Numbered from the stretch's first letter, positions 28,976 through 39,220 are shown. The stretch is DNA of 64,000 bases from Bacteroidia bacterium (GCA_043765495.1 JAYUJA010000138.1:3797-67796), one strand, 5' to 3'. A program made the numbers and translations. The notes: generated from the letters alone by a model not told the origin.

Positions 28976-29458
28976 TTATTTTTGAGCTGTTAATTCGTAT
29001 TTCGAACCTCCTTGTGGGTAAGTCATACTGAATTTTAGGTCTAATTGTTGGGCTACTTTATAGTATGTTCCATTTCCTGTAATCATTGCTGAACCATAAT
29101 TTTGGGGTAGAATAGTTAGTTTATTAGCTTTTACTACGCCTTTCATCACGAGTCCATTGTATTCTATCTGTACTAGGCTATCTACGATTGGCGGTATAGA
29201 AATCCGTAATTTTCCTTGTGTAGAAGTAGTAGCATATCCTGGCTGGTAGATGATAGTTCCGCTAGCAGTGTAGTTACCAAGAAATTTGTCTCTTGCGGCG
29301 AGGCATTTTCCGTTATCTTGTTGTGCTGTAATATCATAATTATCGGCAGTTTTGTCTGTACAGCCTCTAGTTTTGGCACAAGAAGTAAAGAGTGTAGCTA
29401 GAATAAAGATAGCGGAATAGGTAATTTTAGAATACATAAAATAGAGTAATTTTAACAA
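28976..29458 (-). CDS. Lipoprotein of unknown function (160 aa)
   Basis: Signal peptide plus TSC lipobox (ATLFTSCAK). Lies 25 bp upstream of the 308-aa lipoprotein on the same strand. Confidence 0.5.
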   Translation of the reverse strand: MLKLLYFMYSKITYSAIFILATLFTSCAKTRGCTDKTADNYDITAQQDNGKCLAARDKFLGNYTASGTIIYQPGYATTSTQGKLRISIPPIVDSLVQIEYNGLVMKGVVKANKLTILPQNYGSAMITGNGTYYKVAQQLDLKFSMTYPQGGSKYELTAQK

Positions 29459-29583
29459 TTAGATGCAAAGTTATAAAAACTTTAATAGAAACTACAAAAG
29501 GTTGTATAATAAATTTATATTCTTTATAATAAAACAATTAATATTTTTTTGAAAAAAATATTTCATGTGTATTTTAATTTATG

Positions 29584-29591
29584 TATATTTG
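29584..29591 (+). promoter_or_regulatory. Candidate -7 box (TATATTTG) for rpmH
   Basis: TAnnTTTG match 55 nt upstream of the rpmH ATG. Confidence 0.4.
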
Positions 29592-29646
29592 CAACCCTTA
29601 TTAATAAATTGTATTTTATTTACTATCTTATAGATTATACTGGATT

Positions 29647-29811
29647 ATGAAACGTACTTACCAACCTTCGAACAAAAAAAGAAGACATAAACATGGTTTC
29701 CGTGAGAGAATGTCTACCAGCAATGGAAAGAAAATACTAGCAGCTCGCAGAAAGAGAAAAAGAGTTAGATTAACTGTTTCTGATGAGCGTACGCACAAAA
29801 AATTATGGTAG
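29647..29811 (+). CDS. rpmH: 50S ribosomal protein L34
   Basis: 54 aa, [44 protein letters not shown]…, the canonical L34 signature. Absent from the ORF track because it is shorter than 60 aa. Confidence 0.9.
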   Translation: MKRTYQPSNKKRRHKHGFRERMSTSNGKKILAARRKRKRVRLTVSDERTHKKLW

Positions 29812-29828
29812 TATTACCTAATTAAAGC

Positions 29829-29866
29829 AAACCCCACCTTGATCAAGGTGGGGTTTTGTTTTTTAA
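29829..29866. terminator. Strong bidirectional rho-independent terminator
   Basis: Perfect 12-bp stem AAACCCCACCTT/AAGGTGGGGTTT with a GATC loop and a T-tract. Confidence 0.75.
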
Positions 29867-29885
29867 AATTCTAATGAACCTACCA

Positions 29886-32069
29886 TTAACGCATTAAAAA
29901 TACTTTACCAACTTTACTTTGGGTTTTATTATTGATGAATCGTACAAAAATCTTGTAGGTATACACGTCTATACTAGCATCTTTATTGGTGTTTCTTATT
30001 TTTCCGTCCCAAGTATCGTACTCGTTGAATGTTTGGTATATCATTTCCCCCCATCTATCATAAATCACTAGTTGGTAGTCTTTTACTCCCATTGTTCTAG
30101 GCCAAAACACATTATTCTTTCCATCTCCATTAGGCGTAAAAGCATTCGGTACGAATAAATTAAACTCTGGCTCTACTCGCACTGTAATGTATAAAGTATC
30201 AGCACAGCCTAACGCATTCTGCACTATCTGACGTACTAGGTAAGTACCAGTATCGGCGTAATAGTGTGCAGCTACATCACAATCAGTAGTGGTAGTACCG
30301 TCGCCTAAATCTAATTCACAACTAATAGCACCTATGGAATTATCTGTAAAAGAAATAAATGGCTTATAAATAGAAGTACTAGGAGGATTTGCTAGTAAGC
30401 CAGCTTCGGGGCTATTTAGCACTTGTATGCTCGTAGACGCATTCACTGTATCGTCACAAAAAGTACTGATAGCTTGCAAATTAACGGTATACGTACCATC
30501 TGTATTATAAATGTGGGTAGGAGTTTGCTGGGTAGAAGTGTTACCATCGCCAAAATTCCAATTAAATACTAACCCTGCACCTGTAATAGTTTGTAAATCA
30601 GGGAAAAATGCGGTATATGGTTCACAGCCTATTTGGGGTTGAAGGACGATGGTAGTATCAAAATTAGGATAAATAGTGACAGGAGTAGTAGCTACATCTA
30701 CGCATTGATACTGACGGGCTGTAGCAGTCACATTCCAAGTACCAGCTTGGTTAAAATGGACATTTTGAGGGCTTTGTTGAGTAGAAGTAGTAGGAATTGC
30801 ATTAGCAAAAGTCCAGTCAAAAGTAGCATAGTTTGCATAATTACCGCTTAAAGAGAAATCAAAGGTATTTCCTACTACACATTGCGGCGTAACTGGGTTA
30901 ATAGTTATATCTAGCTTACTTAATATACGAATCCTACGGCAAAAAGTATCTGCACAGCTGGTATGTGGGTTTGCTACTAGGCACACATTGTACGAACCAG
31001 TATCTGGATACGTATACGAAGGAGTAGAGGTGATACTGGTATCTGCGAGTGTAGTATTATCCCCAAAATTCCAATGATAAGAAACAGCATTTACACTTTG
31101 GTTCGTAAAATTGACCGTCAATCCATTACATATCAAAGAAGGTAAATCATTCGGATTGTCGGTATTGATAAAATTAGCGGTCACATTGCTGACACATTCT
31201 ACTACATTGAATTGAAAATCTCTTCTTGTTTCGGATATAAATATCCCATTTCTGTATTCTTTTACACAAATACCTACTACATACTGCCCTATCAAAGTAG
31301 GAGTACCAGTAAGCCGCCCTGTGATGGCATTAATCTGTAATGCAGGAGAGGCAGATATAGGACTATTAGTGCTGTATATGCCAGAGAATACTACATCAGG
31401 GTATGGTGGAGAAGCTGCAGCAGAAGCATTACTTGCGTCTACGGCTGGGTTGCTGGCATCTAACCCTACGAATGGCGTACAGAAAGAATAAGCAAGACTA
31501 TCCCCATCTACATCAATAGCACTATGGTCAAAATTCAATGCTTCATTCGTACATATAGCAATGGGAGGAAAAAACCGAAAAGGAGGGCTACTATTGTTAG
31601 TCACTACCGAAGGGTCGGGAATGGTAGCTAGGTAAGTCGCACCAGCATCTTGCGGATCTACGATATTGATAATGGTATTATTCCTACAACATCGTTGGTA
31701 TACTATTTGATAACCACCTACGATAGGCGGCAAATTAGCTTCAATAATGTATACTGCTTCTTCTACACATACATTAGCAGGAGCTTGCAAGCAAGGATTC
31801 CCAGTTACTGCGGGTACATTCGTAGATCCTGTATAAGGAATAGCTAGGTACTGTAAAAAATTGCCGCTAGCATCGTATATTCTTACGATGGCAGGGTCAT
31901 CAAAAGGAGCTTGACCGTTGAAGCAATCTCGGTACACTTTTAGCCGAATAGTATAATTATTACCACCATTATGGGTATAGGTAAGTTCGCCACCTACTAT
32001 ATGGGTAGCTAGGGCAGGAAAATAACTTCCTAGGATAATTAAAAATAAAATAATGTTTAAGTTTTTCAT
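29886..32069 (-). CDS. PKD-domain protein with a T9SS type-B (gliding-motility-associated) C-terminal domain
   Basis: WNFGDG/HWNFGDN PKD signatures and a C-terminal PNAFTPNGDGKNNVFWP…YQLVIYDRWGEMIY…DVYTYKIF type-B CTD. Signal peptide. Confidence 0.7.
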   Translation of the reverse strand: MKNLNIILFLIILGSYFPALATHIVGGELTYTHNGGNNYTIRLKVYRDCFNGQAPFDDPAIVRIYDASGNFLQYLAIPYTGSTNVPAVTGNPCLQAPANVCVEEAVYIIEANLPPIVGGYQIVYQRCCRNNTIINIVDPQDAGATYLATIPDPSVVTNNSSPPFRFFPPIAICTNEALNFDHSAIDVDGDSLAYSFCTPFVGLDASNPAVDASNASAAASPPYPDVVFSGIYSTNSPISASPALQINAITGRLTGTPTLIGQYVVGICVKEYRNGIFISETRRDFQFNVVECVSNVTANFINTDNPNDLPSLICNGLTVNFTNQSVNAVSYHWNFGDNTTLADTSITSTPSYTYPDTGSYNVCLVANPHTSCADTFCRRIRILSKLDITINPVTPQCVVGNTFDFSLSGNYANYATFDWTFANAIPTTSTQQSPQNVHFNQAGTWNVTATARQYQCVDVATTPVTIYPNFDTTIVLQPQIGCEPYTAFFPDLQTITGAGLVFNWNFGDGNTSTQQTPTHIYNTDGTYTVNLQAISTFCDDTVNASTSIQVLNSPEAGLLANPPSTSIYKPFISFTDNSIGAISCELDLGDGTTTTDCDVAAHYYADTGTYLVRQIVQNALGCADTLYITVRVEPEFNLFVPNAFTPNGDGKNNVFWPRTMGVKDYQLVIYDRWGEMIYQTFNEYDTWDGKIRNTNKDASIDVYTYKIFVRFINNKTQSKVGKVFLMR

Positions 32070-32584
32070 AAAGATAAAATAATAGAAAGTTGAGTTTTCA
32101 TTTTTTGAAGATGTTGGGTATCTATCGTATAATTTGCTTGGGTGTAAAAAGCTTCTCTTTGTAATATTTGTAAGGTTACGTATTTTTCTAATTGGGTGGT
32201 AGTTAAATTCTTTATAAGCGGTCTTTTTAATTGTTGGGCGGGTTGGGATAGTCTATTTATTATTATTCCTGTATTTTGTTTTATATAAAAAGAAATACCA
32301 GTATGTAATAGTAGCTGCATATTTTGCCCATAACACGGCAATCCTCCACCGCAGGCTATTATAGTAGGTTTTTGTACAGTAGTTATTAATGTTTCTAGGG
32401 TTTGTTTTTCCAGTTCTCGGAATCCTATTTCTCCTTGTGTATTCCATATTTCAGAAATACTAGTCCGTTGTTTTTCTTCTATATAACTATCTGTATCTAT
32501 GTATTCTATACCAAAGTAATTACTTAACTGTTTTGCGATTTTACTTTTTCCACAACCCATGTAACCTATTAAGTAGATAAGCAT
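32066..32584 (-). CDS. aroK: Shikimate kinase
   Basis: IYLIGYMGCGKSKIAKQL Walker A/P-loop of shikimate kinase. Start set at MLIYLIGYMG (172 aa). Overlaps the downstream gene by 4 nt. Confidence 0.85.
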   Translation of the reverse strand: MLIYLIGYMGCGKSKIAKQLSNYFGIEYIDTDSYIEEKQRTSISEIWNTQGEIGFRELEKQTLETLITTVQKPTIIACGGGLPCYGQNMQLLLHTGISFYIKQNTGIIINRLSQPAQQLKRPLIKNLTTTQLEKYVTLQILQREAFYTQANYTIDTQHLQKMKTQLSIILSL

Positions 32585-32588
32585 ACAA

Positions 32589-32765
32589 CTATTCTTTTGT
32601 AGACTTAAAATCTCCTTTTTTGAAGCCATAAGGGCAATGCTTACAAGCATTCTGGCAGCAATAGCCTCGTTTTAAGTGATAATGCTCCGTAAATATTACA
32701 TACCCTTCTGGTGATAAATAATAATCTTCGACTGCTAATTTTTTTTGCCAGCTATATTCTTTCAT
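32589..32765 (-). CDS. Small cysteine-rich protein (CC…CxHCPYGF motif), unknown function
   Basis: 58-aa ORF from MKEYSWQKK. The longer 97-aa version in the ORF track starts in the divergent promoter region. Lies 4 nt upstream of aroK. Confidence 0.4.
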   Translation of the reverse strand: MKEYSWQKKLAVEDYYLSPEGYVIFTEHYHLKRGYCCQNACKHCPYGFKKGDFKSTKE

Positions 32766-32908
32766 TTTAATTACAAAAAATAAGGGATAATGTACCACAA
32801 AGGTACGAAAAAAGCAAATAAGTGGTATTGGAATAATTATTTTTTTATATCTTGCCAGCCTGTTATAGTTTATACACACCATTTATTAATTTAATTTACG
32901 TAATTATT

Positions 32909-34576
32909 ATGAGTAATAATCCATTATTTAGACGCAAGCCCATCGAGGCTTTTATAAAGGATATGAATGAAGGAGGACTAAAAAGAGTTCTTGGTAGGTG
33001 GGGGCTTACTGCTATCGGCGTAGGGGCTATCATCGGCACGGGCATATTCGTACTTACTGGATTAGGAGCAAGAGACCATGCAGGACCAGCTTTGGCACTT
33101 TCTTTTGTAGTAGCTGGGTTAGCGTGCTTATTTGCGGCACTTTGCTATGCGGAATTTGCTTCTTTTTTACCCGTAGAAGGTTCGGCGTATGCGTATAGCT
33201 ATGCTACAATGGGAGAATTATTTGCTTGGGTCATTGGTTGGGATTTGATACTAGAATATGCTATGGGATCTTCGGCAGTAGCAGTGGGCTGGTCTAATTA
33301 TCTTCTGAAAGTACTCGGTTATATGCATGTACACCTCCCACTCTGGATTTCAGCAGATTATTGGACAGCGGAGGTTATGCTCAAAAAGGCAGAAGCTATT
33401 AGTTTTCTAAATGCTACTTTGGCAAAAACTTCTGTAGTTGAAGAAATAAAAAAAATTACCATTTCGAATGAGCTATTAAAAGATATGTTGAAAAATTATA
33501 CCAGTTTAGAACAAATACAAATATCTGCCAAAGGAGACACACTAGAATTGATGCAGCAAAAATATAGTAGTATTGATTTCCCAACGATATTTGGTAAACC
33601 ATTCGCTATGAATTTACCCGCATTTATGATAATATGGGCAGTAACAGGCTTGTTAGTGAAAGGAATAAAAGAAGCTGCCAGTGCGAATAATGTAATGGTA
33701 GTAATAAAAATAGCGGTTATATTATTCGTAATAATAGCTGGGGCTGGCTATATAAATATAGAAAACTGGACTCCCTTTATCCCAGAAAGAAGTATGAATA
33801 TCTATTCTAATGGAGACATGAAAGAAGCTTTTGGCTGGACAGGAATACTATCAGGAGCTGGGTATATTTTCTTTGCGTATGTGGGGTTTGATGTAGTATC
33901 CACGTCTGCTGGAGAAGCCAAAAACCCGCAAAAAGATGTTCCATTTGGTATTATGGTTGCGTTGGTATTTTGTACTATTTTGTATATATTAGTATCATTG
34001 GTATTGACAGGAATGGTAAACTATAAAGACATTGATATACACGCTCCTATTGCTGCTGCTTTTGGAAAAGTAGGACTAGACTGGGCGGCTGTACTTATAT
34101 CGTGTGCTGCTATTGCAGGGCTTACTTCGGTATTGATAGCAATGCTAATAGGACAGTCGCGGGTATTTTATGCTATGGCAAAAGATGGCTTACTACCTAC
34201 CAATGTATTCGCTAAATTACACCCAAAATTCCAAACTCCTTACAAATCTTCTTTATGGATTGCGGTATTTGTATCGTTGGTATCTGCCTTTACTCCTATT
34301 GATAAAATAGCTGAAATGACTAACATAGGTACCTTATTAGCTTTTGTGATGGTGTGTGCTGCAGTATGGATTATGCGTAAAAGAAACCCCGACCTACATC
34401 GCCCGTTCAAAACCCCATACATAGACGTAGTAGCACCATTAGGTATATTATTAAATTTTGGGATAATGTGTAGTTTAGATTTAGGTAATTGGGTTCGTTT
34501 GGTAGTATGGTTAGCTATGGGAATGGTAATCTATTTCTTGTATAGCCGCCACCATAGTAAGCTAAATAGTAAATAA
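32909..34576 (+). CDS. APC-superfamily amino acid permease (cationic amino acid transporter-like)
   Basis: 12-14 TM helices, a GTGIFV motif near the N-terminus, 555 aa from MSNNPLFRRKPI. Confidence 0.8.
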   Translation: MSNNPLFRRKPIEAFIKDMNEGGLKRVLGRWGLTAIGVGAIIGTGIFVLTGLGARDHAGPALALSFVVAGLACLFAALCYAEFASFLPVEGSAYAYSYATMGELFAWVIGWDLILEYAMGSSAVAVGWSNYLLKVLGYMHVHLPLWISADYWTAEVMLKKAEAISFLNATLAKTSVVEEIKKITISNELLKDMLKNYTSLEQIQISAKGDTLELMQQKYSSIDFPTIFGKPFAMNLPAFMIIWAVTGLLVKGIKEAASANNVMVVIKIAVILFVIIAGAGYINIENWTPFIPERSMNIYSNGDMKEAFGWTGILSGAGYIFFAYVGFDVVSTSAGEAKNPQKDVPFGIMVALVFCTILYILVSLVLTGMVNYKDIDIHAPIAAAFGKVGLDWAAVLISCAAIAGLTSVLIAMLIGQSRVFYAMAKDGLLPTNVFAKLHPKFQTPYKSSLWIAVFVSLVSAFTPIDKIAEMTNIGTLLAFVMVCAAVWIMRKRNPDLHRPFKTPYIDVVAPLGILLNFGIMCSLDLGNWVRLVVWLAMGMVIYFLYSRHHSKLNSK

Positions 34577-34577
34577 C

Positions 34578-35519
34578 ATGGAAGGGTATGTGTATGGGAT
34601 AGTAGCCGTAATAGCTTGGACAGCTTGTACTGTACCATTTGCAGAAGCTTCGAAACGACTAGGAGTAGCAACGGTGAATTTATATCGATTGTTGATTCCT
34701 TTTGTATTATTTACGATAGTATTATCTCTATTTTTATTTCCAAATCAAAATTGGATAAGCGATGTAGGCTCTATTTACTGGGTGTATTTAATAGCATCTG
34801 GGGTAATAGGCTTGGCAATAGGCGATATGTTTGGGTTTAGTGTATACTCCCTTATTGGCCCTCGGTTAGGTAGTTTATTCATTGTATTACAGCCAGCTAT
34901 TGCTTTAATAGCTGGTTATTTTTTATTGCATGAAACTATTAATTGGATAGGAATAATAAGTATTATCATCACTATTACGGGGGTGGCGTATGTATTATTA
35001 AGCAAAAACACCACCAGCGATAAGGTTACTTACACCCCTGTTGCCCTAAAAAAAGGAATTATATTCGGTATATTATCTACAGTTTGCCAAGCAATGGGAA
35101 TAGTGTTACAAAAATTAGCTTCCCAACAAGCTGCAATAGCACACTTACCAGAAATACATTTTCTTACTGCTACTTGGATACGGATTACTGGGGCAATAGT
35201 GTTCTTATTAATCCTCTATACTTTCCAGAAAAAACACAAAGAAGTACACACCAATCTATGGATAAATGCAGATAAAGGAGTATCATTTTTAATAGTAGCT
35301 ATCGTATTTGGCCCGTTAATAGCGCAGCCTACTTCCTTCCTTGCTACGAGTATACTACCAGTATCGGTATTTCAGACGCTTTGTGCCTTGATACCTATTC
35401 TAGTACTGCCTATTACTGCTATTTATTACAAAGAAAAAATAACTTGGAAAATCATACTAGGTTCACTAATATCTTGCTTTGGGGTAGTAATATTGATATG
35501 GAGAGATACCTTATTATAA
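34578..35519 (+). CDS. DMT-superfamily (EamA-like) transporter
   Basis: About 10 TM helices in two repeated halves, 313 aa. The start is 1 nt after the permease stop. Confidence 0.65.
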   Translation: MEGYVYGIVAVIAWTACTVPFAEASKRLGVATVNLYRLLIPFVLFTIVLSLFLFPNQNWISDVGSIYWVYLIASGVIGLAIGDMFGFSVYSLIGPRLGSLFIVLQPAIALIAGYFLLHETINWIGIISIIITITGVAYVLLSKNTTSDKVTYTPVALKKGIIFGILSTVCQAMGIVLQKLASQQAAIAHLPEIHFLTATWIRITGAIVFLLILYTFQKKHKEVHTNLWINADKGVSFLIVAIVFGPLIAQPTSFLATSILPVSVFQTLCALIPILVLPITAIYYKEKITWKIILGSLISCFGVVILIWRDTLL

Positions 35520-35528
35520 AGATAATTT

Positions 35529-37508
35529 TTACTTAATTAACGTAATAAACCCTTTCTTTTCTATGTCTTTTGCTTTACAATCTTTGTAGGTTAAAATATA
35601 AAAATATACTCCATCGGTAACTTTATTGCCGTTTTTGTCTTTCCCATTCCACGCATAAGGCAGGGTAGAAGTTTCGGCGATTAAGTTGCCCCAGCGATTG
35701 TAGATAACCAGACTCATCTTTTCATTACTAAATTTAGAAAGTTCCCAGTTATCATTTTTACCATCTTCATTAGGAGTTATTATATTAGAAAGCTCTATAC
35801 CAGACAAGCTTAATACCACTAATTCAAAACTATTCGTAGCACTACACCCGTCCAGAGTAATAGTAAGAGTGTACGTTCCTGCATTGGTATTTTGGATAAT
35901 AGGAATAACAATACCTATGCTATCTTTGCTTCCAGTAGGCGTTTGCCAAGTATATTGTGCATTATTATTTCCAGCTGTATCAGCGATAATACTCCATTTT
36001 TCTCCTTCACATACTGGCGAAGTAGTACTGATGATAGCACTTGGAGTTTGTTTTATGATATAATTAATTTTTTCGGTATAAAATACACAATCTCCCAATA
36101 TATCTTTTATGGTAAGGGTATAAACGCCAGCTTGTGGTATAGTAGCGTTTGGTAGTATGTTCGTGGCTTGGTTACTTGTATAATTGTTAGGTCCTGTCCA
36201 TTGGTAAGAATAATTACCTATCAAAGAAGTAGAAGCCTGTAAAACTATATTTTCTCCACTACAAATAGTAAACGAAGTATCTTTCACTATCGTATCCGAG
36301 CAGCACGTAGGAGCTTCAAACGTAAATAACGCTGTACAATTAGAGTCGTTTTGTAACCAAGCTTTGATAGTATGGCTGCCCGATTCACCCGCTATTACAT
36401 AGTTAAAATTAATTTCACTTACCGATGCGTCACTAAATAGCTGTACTAGCTGATTGTCTAGTTGTAAATAAAAACTCCCAGTTACAGGCCTGTTGGATAT
36501 AGTAGCCAAACCTATCGAGCGGGTATTCCCATTACTATCACAAGGGGTTGTAGTGGCTACAATAGTGATATTACACGATGGGTATACTATTTCACAATCC
36601 GTAGTGCCAGTACCGCCTACTTTTTCAAATATAATATTCGTAGGTGCGTCAGAATAGTTGGTAATAAGCATTTTATAGTATTCACCTGTTTGGGCATTGG
36701 GTATATTCACTGTTTCGGTAGCAGCTGTAGAATAACTACAATCCACGGTATTACCTTGGTATAAATCATTGCAAGCAAACTCCAAAGATGAAAATGGCCC
36801 CCATAACGTATAGTCGATATCTACTTCATTGGTATTATACATAAAAATATCCAAAGGGCCAGTATTTTTAATTTTTAGATAATACCATACTGGGTTGGGT
36901 TGGGTATTTAAACAGGTATAATTAGGCCCCGCCTCTGCACTAGGCTGGTTCACTCCTGCTGGGTATACATACGTACTATCCGTACAAAATGGCTGCGCAT
37001 TGGCACAATTATTAGAAGGCGGATTAGGAGAAATAATTTTTGGTGTATTTACTAATTTTACACAAAAACTTCCTGCAAAAACTGCGTCTACTAGCGCATA
37101 ATACGTAACACCTACCGTAGTAGCAAAACTAATAGCTTCTGCTTCTCCACTAGCACCTGAATCATTACATATAAATTCTATAAGATTATTACAACTGCCA
37201 GTATAAATAGTAATATTAATATCAAAAATACTATTTTTAGTAACTTGAGCTACGATAAGATCTGTACTAGTACTAGTAGCCGTAAACTGGTACCATACGC
37301 CATGTGTACCCGTAGAAAAAGGTGCACAGTCACTGCCTCTATTATCATCGGTAGCATTATTATTATTACCATACAAGCAGTCTGTACCAAAATTTAGAAC
37401 AGTAGCGCCATTACAAAAATCTGCTTGTGCGTGTAGGTAACTTGTTTTTAGAGTTAGTAATAGTACTAGAATAATTAGTTTTTTCATAGAGTAAATTTTT
37501 TGAGCCAC
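35529..37508 (-). CDS. Secreted protein with a T9SS type-B C-terminal domain
   Basis: Signal peptide, Cys/Thr/Asn-rich repeats, and a C-terminal NIITPNEDGKNDNWEL…LVIYNRWGNLI…GVYFYILTY type-B CTD. Confidence 0.7.
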   Translation of the reverse strand: MAQKIYSMKKLIILVLLLTLKTSYLHAQADFCNGATVLNFGTDCLYGNNNNATDDNRGSDCAPFSTGTHGVWYQFTATSTSTDLIVAQVTKNSIFDINITIYTGSCNNLIEFICNDSGASGEAEAISFATTVGVTYYALVDAVFAGSFCVKLVNTPKIISPNPPSNNCANAQPFCTDSTYVYPAGVNQPSAEAGPNYTCLNTQPNPVWYYLKIKNTGPLDIFMYNTNEVDIDYTLWGPFSSLEFACNDLYQGNTVDCSYSTAATETVNIPNAQTGEYYKMLITNYSDAPTNIIFEKVGGTGTTDCEIVYPSCNITIVATTTPCDSNGNTRSIGLATISNRPVTGSFYLQLDNQLVQLFSDASVSEINFNYVIAGESGSHTIKAWLQNDSNCTALFTFEAPTCCSDTIVKDTSFTICSGENIVLQASTSLIGNYSYQWTGPNNYTSNQATNILPNATIPQAGVYTLTIKDILGDCVFYTEKINYIIKQTPSAIISTTSPVCEGEKWSIIADTAGNNNAQYTWQTPTGSKDSIGIVIPIIQNTNAGTYTLTITLDGCSATNSFELVVLSLSGIELSNIITPNEDGKNDNWELSKFSNEKMSLVIYNRWGNLIAETSTLPYAWNGKDKNGNKVTDGVYFYILTYKDCKAKDIEKKGFITLIK

Positions 37509-37516
37509 AAAAGTAC

Positions 37517-37524
37517 TATATTTG
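37517..37524 (+). promoter_or_regulatory. Candidate -7 box (TATATTTG)
   Basis: TAnnTTTG match 28 nt upstream of the NUDIX gene ATG. Confidence 0.35.
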
Positions 37525-37552
37525 CCAACAATAAAAAAACATTAATTCCATT

Positions 37553-38143
37553 ATGCAAATACATATCCAATTTCCAGAGTCTACACTCAGTATCATGCTA
37601 GATTCTAGCTACAGTACTCCTACGTTATTGCATTTTAATCAGGTAGTTGGCAATCTTTTTTTGGGCATTTCTGACACGATAGAGTTCCCAGACGAAACCT
37701 CTGTTTTAGAATTCCTAAAAACTACTTTCAAGGTTATCCATGCTGCTGGTGGTGTAGTACAAAACGAGGAAAAGGCTATTTTATTCATTCATAGGTATAA
37801 TAAATGGGATTTACCAAAAGGTAAAGTAGAAAAAAAAGAATCACTAGAAGATGCCGCTATCCGAGAAGTACAAGAAGAATGTGGCTTGAAACAAATACTA
37901 CTACAAGAATTCATCATGAGTACTTACCATGTGTATATGCACAAAAATATCCCTACTGTGAAAGTATCGCATTGGTATTCTATGCAATCGTCTAATAAAG
38001 AAATACTTATACCACAAATAAGCGAGGGTATCACAGATGTACAATGGATACCTATCCACGCTTTGGCACAAGTATACAATAGTACTTATCCTACTATTAT
38101 CTCTATTTTGGATACTTATTTCAAACGAGAAATTATTTATTAA
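37553..38143 (+). CDS. NUDIX hydrolase
   Basis: Nudix box GKVEKKESLEDAAIREVQEECGL (Gx5Ex7REVxEExG). Confidence 0.8.
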   Translation: MQIHIQFPESTLSIMLDSSYSTPTLLHFNQVVGNLFLGISDTIEFPDETSVLEFLKTTFKVIHAAGGVVQNEEKAILFIHRYNKWDLPKGKVEKKESLEDAAIREVQEECGLKQILLQEFIMSTYHVYMHKNIPTVKVSHWYSMQSSNKEILIPQISEGITDVQWIPIHALAQVYNSTYPTIISILDTYFKREIIY

Positions 38144-38167
38144 TTGTATTTCTAAAAATTAGTACCA

Positions 38168-39166
38168 ATGTATTCTTTGTCCTATCCAGTACTTATTCCG
38201 TTGTTTTTATGTGTACTACTGACTGTATTTTTATTTATCTATTGGTATAGATGGCGAAAAAAAACCCTTGTTTTATTAGGTCGTTTAGGAAGTTTATTTT
38301 TTAACCATAAAAAACCTAATATCTTTGCAATAGCCTTACTTTGTATTGCTTTGAGTGTATTAATAATAGGAATTTTAGACCCACATAAACAAGGCAAAGA
38401 GCAAGAAATAAAAATAAAAGGAGCAGATATAATGGTTTGTTTGGACGTATCGAATAGTATGTACGCCGAGGATATTTTGCCCAATAGAATAAAAAGAGCA
38501 CAGGAATTATTAAAAAAAATGATAGACCAGCTAGATGGAGATAGATTCGGGCTAGTAGTATTCGCAGGGAAAGGGTACTTACAAATGCCATTATCTACGG
38601 ACTACTATACCGCCAAGCAACTAGTAGACGCTGCTATGCCCTACTCCGTACCTACACAAGGCACAGCTATTGGGCAAGCCCTAAAAGTAGCATTAAGATC
38701 GCTGCCAGATAGCCCCATTAAAAACAAATCTATCCTACTGATAACCGACGGAGAAGACCATGAAGAGGAAATAGACGAAGCAGTAAAAGAAGCCCAAAAA
38801 CGAAAAATACCAATCCATACGTGGGCTTTTGGCTCGTTAGCTGGTGCGAAAGTACCTATGGTAGTAAGCGAAAAGAAAACAGGTATACGTACCGATGAGA
38901 GCGGGGCAGCCGTAATAAGTAGAGTAAATACCAGCCTACTACAAAGCATTGCTAGTAAAACAGACGGTATATTTTCGGGGCAAGCAAATGAAGTAGGAAT
39001 GACACAGTTTCTAGTAGCCATAAACGGATTAGAACAAACAGGTAATAAAACTAAAATAGCCATAGGTTTTGAACATTACTTCTTTTATTTTGTTGGACTC
39101 GCTATATTGCTACTTGTGATAGAATTTTTTAGTAGAAGCATTCCTGCCAAACCATTAGAAAACTAA
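38168..39166 (+). CDS. von Willebrand factor A domain membrane protein (BatA-like)
   Basis: An N-terminal TM helix, a VWA domain with MIDAS DVSNSM, a LITDGEDHEEE motif, and a C-terminal TM helix. Confidence 0.75.
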   Translation: MYSLSYPVLIPLFLCVLLTVFLFIYWYRWRKKTLVLLGRLGSLFFNHKKPNIFAIALLCIALSVLIIGILDPHKQGKEQEIKIKGADIMVCLDVSNSMYAEDILPNRIKRAQELLKKMIDQLDGDRFGLVVFAGKGYLQMPLSTDYYTAKQLVDAAMPYSVPTQGTAIGQALKVALRSLPDSPIKNKSILLITDGEDHEEEIDEAVKEAQKRKIPIHTWAFGSLAGAKVPMVVSEKKTGIRTDESGAAVISRVNTSLLQSIASKTDGIFSGQANEVGMTQFLVAINGLEQTGNKTKIAIGFEHYFFYFVGLAILLLVIEFFSRSIPAKPLEN

Positions 39167-39212
39167 ATTAGCATTTTTACAAAGCTGTGACAAAAGTCAG
39201 TAAAGCTAGCAG

Positions 39213-39220
39213 TATCTTTG
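39213..39220 (+). promoter_or_regulatory. Candidate -7 box (TATCTTTG) for hemA
   Basis: TAnnTTTG match just upstream of the hemA start. Confidence 0.35.

Noticed and set aside
35869-36155. Plus-strand ORFs 35869-36063 and 35892-36155 inside the T9SS type-B gene, and similar small ORFs inside parE, pnp, the OMP gene, hemA, etc.
   Set aside because: They are embedded antisense or out of frame in strongly supported CDS and have no independent signals.
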